Notes under the pieces: model-generated | Told to the model about the DNA's origin: nothing | Seen by the model: the letters and a program-made list of their open reading frames with translations, nothing else | The model's database searches: none | Assembly (NCBI GenBank): GCA_016235455.1 | Contig: JACRKZ010000102.1 | Coordinates: forward strand, 1-64,000 | Source: Armatimonadota bacterium | GTDB lineage: Bacteria; Armatimonadota; UBA10988 | Reading direction: 5' to 3' | DNA length: 64,000 nucleotides | Shown here: in pieces, positions 62,927 to 64,000 of the stretch | How positions within the stretch are numbered: position 1 is the first letter of the stretch | Layout of the letters: every line of letters starts with the position of its first letter | Made by a program: the position numbers and the translations under genes

Positions 62927-63916
62927 CTACCAGTGCGGCTCGATGGCCGGCGGCGTGGCGATGCCGGCCAGGGGATGCTCGCTGACTACCTTCCACACCA
63001 CCTGCTGCACAAGCTCGGCGAAGCGGGCGTCGGTGACCTTGTAGGGCTCGGTCGGGAAGCCCTTGGGGTCGCGCCGCAGCAGCGTGGCGTAGAAGGTCGC
63101 GCCGACCACGTAAGAGCCCGCGTTGGTCAGGTGGATGGCGTCCTTGTAGAGGTCGTAGGCGCCCTTGAAGCCGGGCATGTCGCCGGCGCGGAAGCGGCGG
63201 TCGAGTTCCAGCAGCACATGGCCGACGGGGATCATCAGCGGCGGCTTCTTGGCCTTGGGGTTGATGTTGCGCAACGTGCGCGTCAGCGTCTCGAAGTAGT
63301 CGGCCGTCTCGTTGGTGGTGTCCCAACCGCCGGTGTACTTCGCGGTGAAGCGGCCCTCGAACGGGTCGACCTTGCTCCAGTCGGCGGTCTTGCCCTCGAC
63401 CGGCTTGTCGTAGGCGTCCTTGTCGTAGGGCACGCCCTGGCGGCCGATCAACATGCGCGGCCAGCGAGCGTAGATGTAGACCTGCACGTCGGGGCTGCGG
63501 CGCGTGGCCAGGTCGAAGTACTTCTGGGCATAGAGGATATCGCCCTGCTCGTCGGCGTTCTTGGGGTCGGCGTTGGCCAGCAGCCGGTCGAAGGGCTGGA
63601 GGGTGACGGCGTCCCACTCGTAGTTGGCCAGCGCGTTCAGACCGCTGCCAAAAGGCTTCTCGACGAACCCGCAGTTGTCGGGCCGGCTCTCGGCCGCGCG
63701 CCACAGGCCGAACAGCGGGCAGCCGGGTATCATCTGGCGGCCCCAGAGCACCTTGGTGCCCAGGCTCTCGGCGCACTGGGCGAAGGCGCGGTAGTTGACG
63801 GTATCGGTGACGCTGTTGCCCAGGTAGAAGACGCGCAAGGGCGGGTCGGCGGCCAGGGCCGAGCCCGCGACGACGGCCAGAGTCAGCAGAACGGTGCCGA
63901 GTCGCCTCAGGTCCAT
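62927..63916 (-). CDS. Secreted SGNH-like/DUF4886-like protein
   Basis: LRVFYLGNSVT, WDAVTLQ, IPVG, YKDAIHL. Confidence 0.7.
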   Translation of the reverse strand: MDLRRLGTVLLTLAVVAGSALAADPPLRVFYLGNSVTDTVNYRAFAQCAESLGTKVLWGRQMIPGCPLFGLWRAAESRPDNCGFVEKPFGSGLNALANYEWDAVTLQPFDRLLANADPKNADEQGDILYAQKYFDLATRRSPDVQVYIYARWPRMLIGRQGVPYDKDAYDKPVEGKTADWSKVDPFEGRFTAKYTGGWDTTNETADYFETLTRTLRNINPKAKKPPLMIPVGHVLLELDRRFRAGDMPGFKGAYDLYKDAIHLTNAGSYVVGATFYATLLRRDPKGFPTEPYKVTDARFAELVQQVVWKVVSEHPLAGIATPPAIEPHW

Positions 63917-64000
63917 GGTTCAACTTCCTTGTCTGGTGCAAGTTCGGCGCGGCGCAGGGCCGATCCTGCACTGCGGCGGCAGGAACTCATGGCACGCAGC

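Overview
High-GC bacterial chromosomal window with no rRNA, tRNA, CRISPR array, integrase or phage genes that I can recognise. The gene content suggests a sugar-degrading lineage such as Armatimonadota or PVC-like bacteria (inference only). Most of it is glycan catabolism: five Cys-type sulfatases, GH27/GH36/GH39/GH42/GH105-like hydrolases, LamG and beta-helix proteins, a dgoD-like dehydratase with an SDR and IclR, and a D-lyxose isomerase. It also holds an MCP, a multiheme cytochrome c, a serpin and several REP-like palindromes. The standout is at 54080-57624: an ECF sigma factor is translationally coupled to a 988-aa single-chain miniature RNA polymerase. This protein is a colinear head-to-tail fusion of trimmed RpoB and RpoC. 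It keeps NADFDGD, the beta catalytic residues and the sigma-binding clamp helices, but lacks the flap, zinc-binding domain, rudder and trigger loop. Secondary finds are a Septu/PtuAB-like ATPase+HNH pair whose ATPase carries five 34-aa tandem repeats, and a five-gene tandem array of paralogous membrane proteins. All product calls come from visual motif recognition; no database searches were run.
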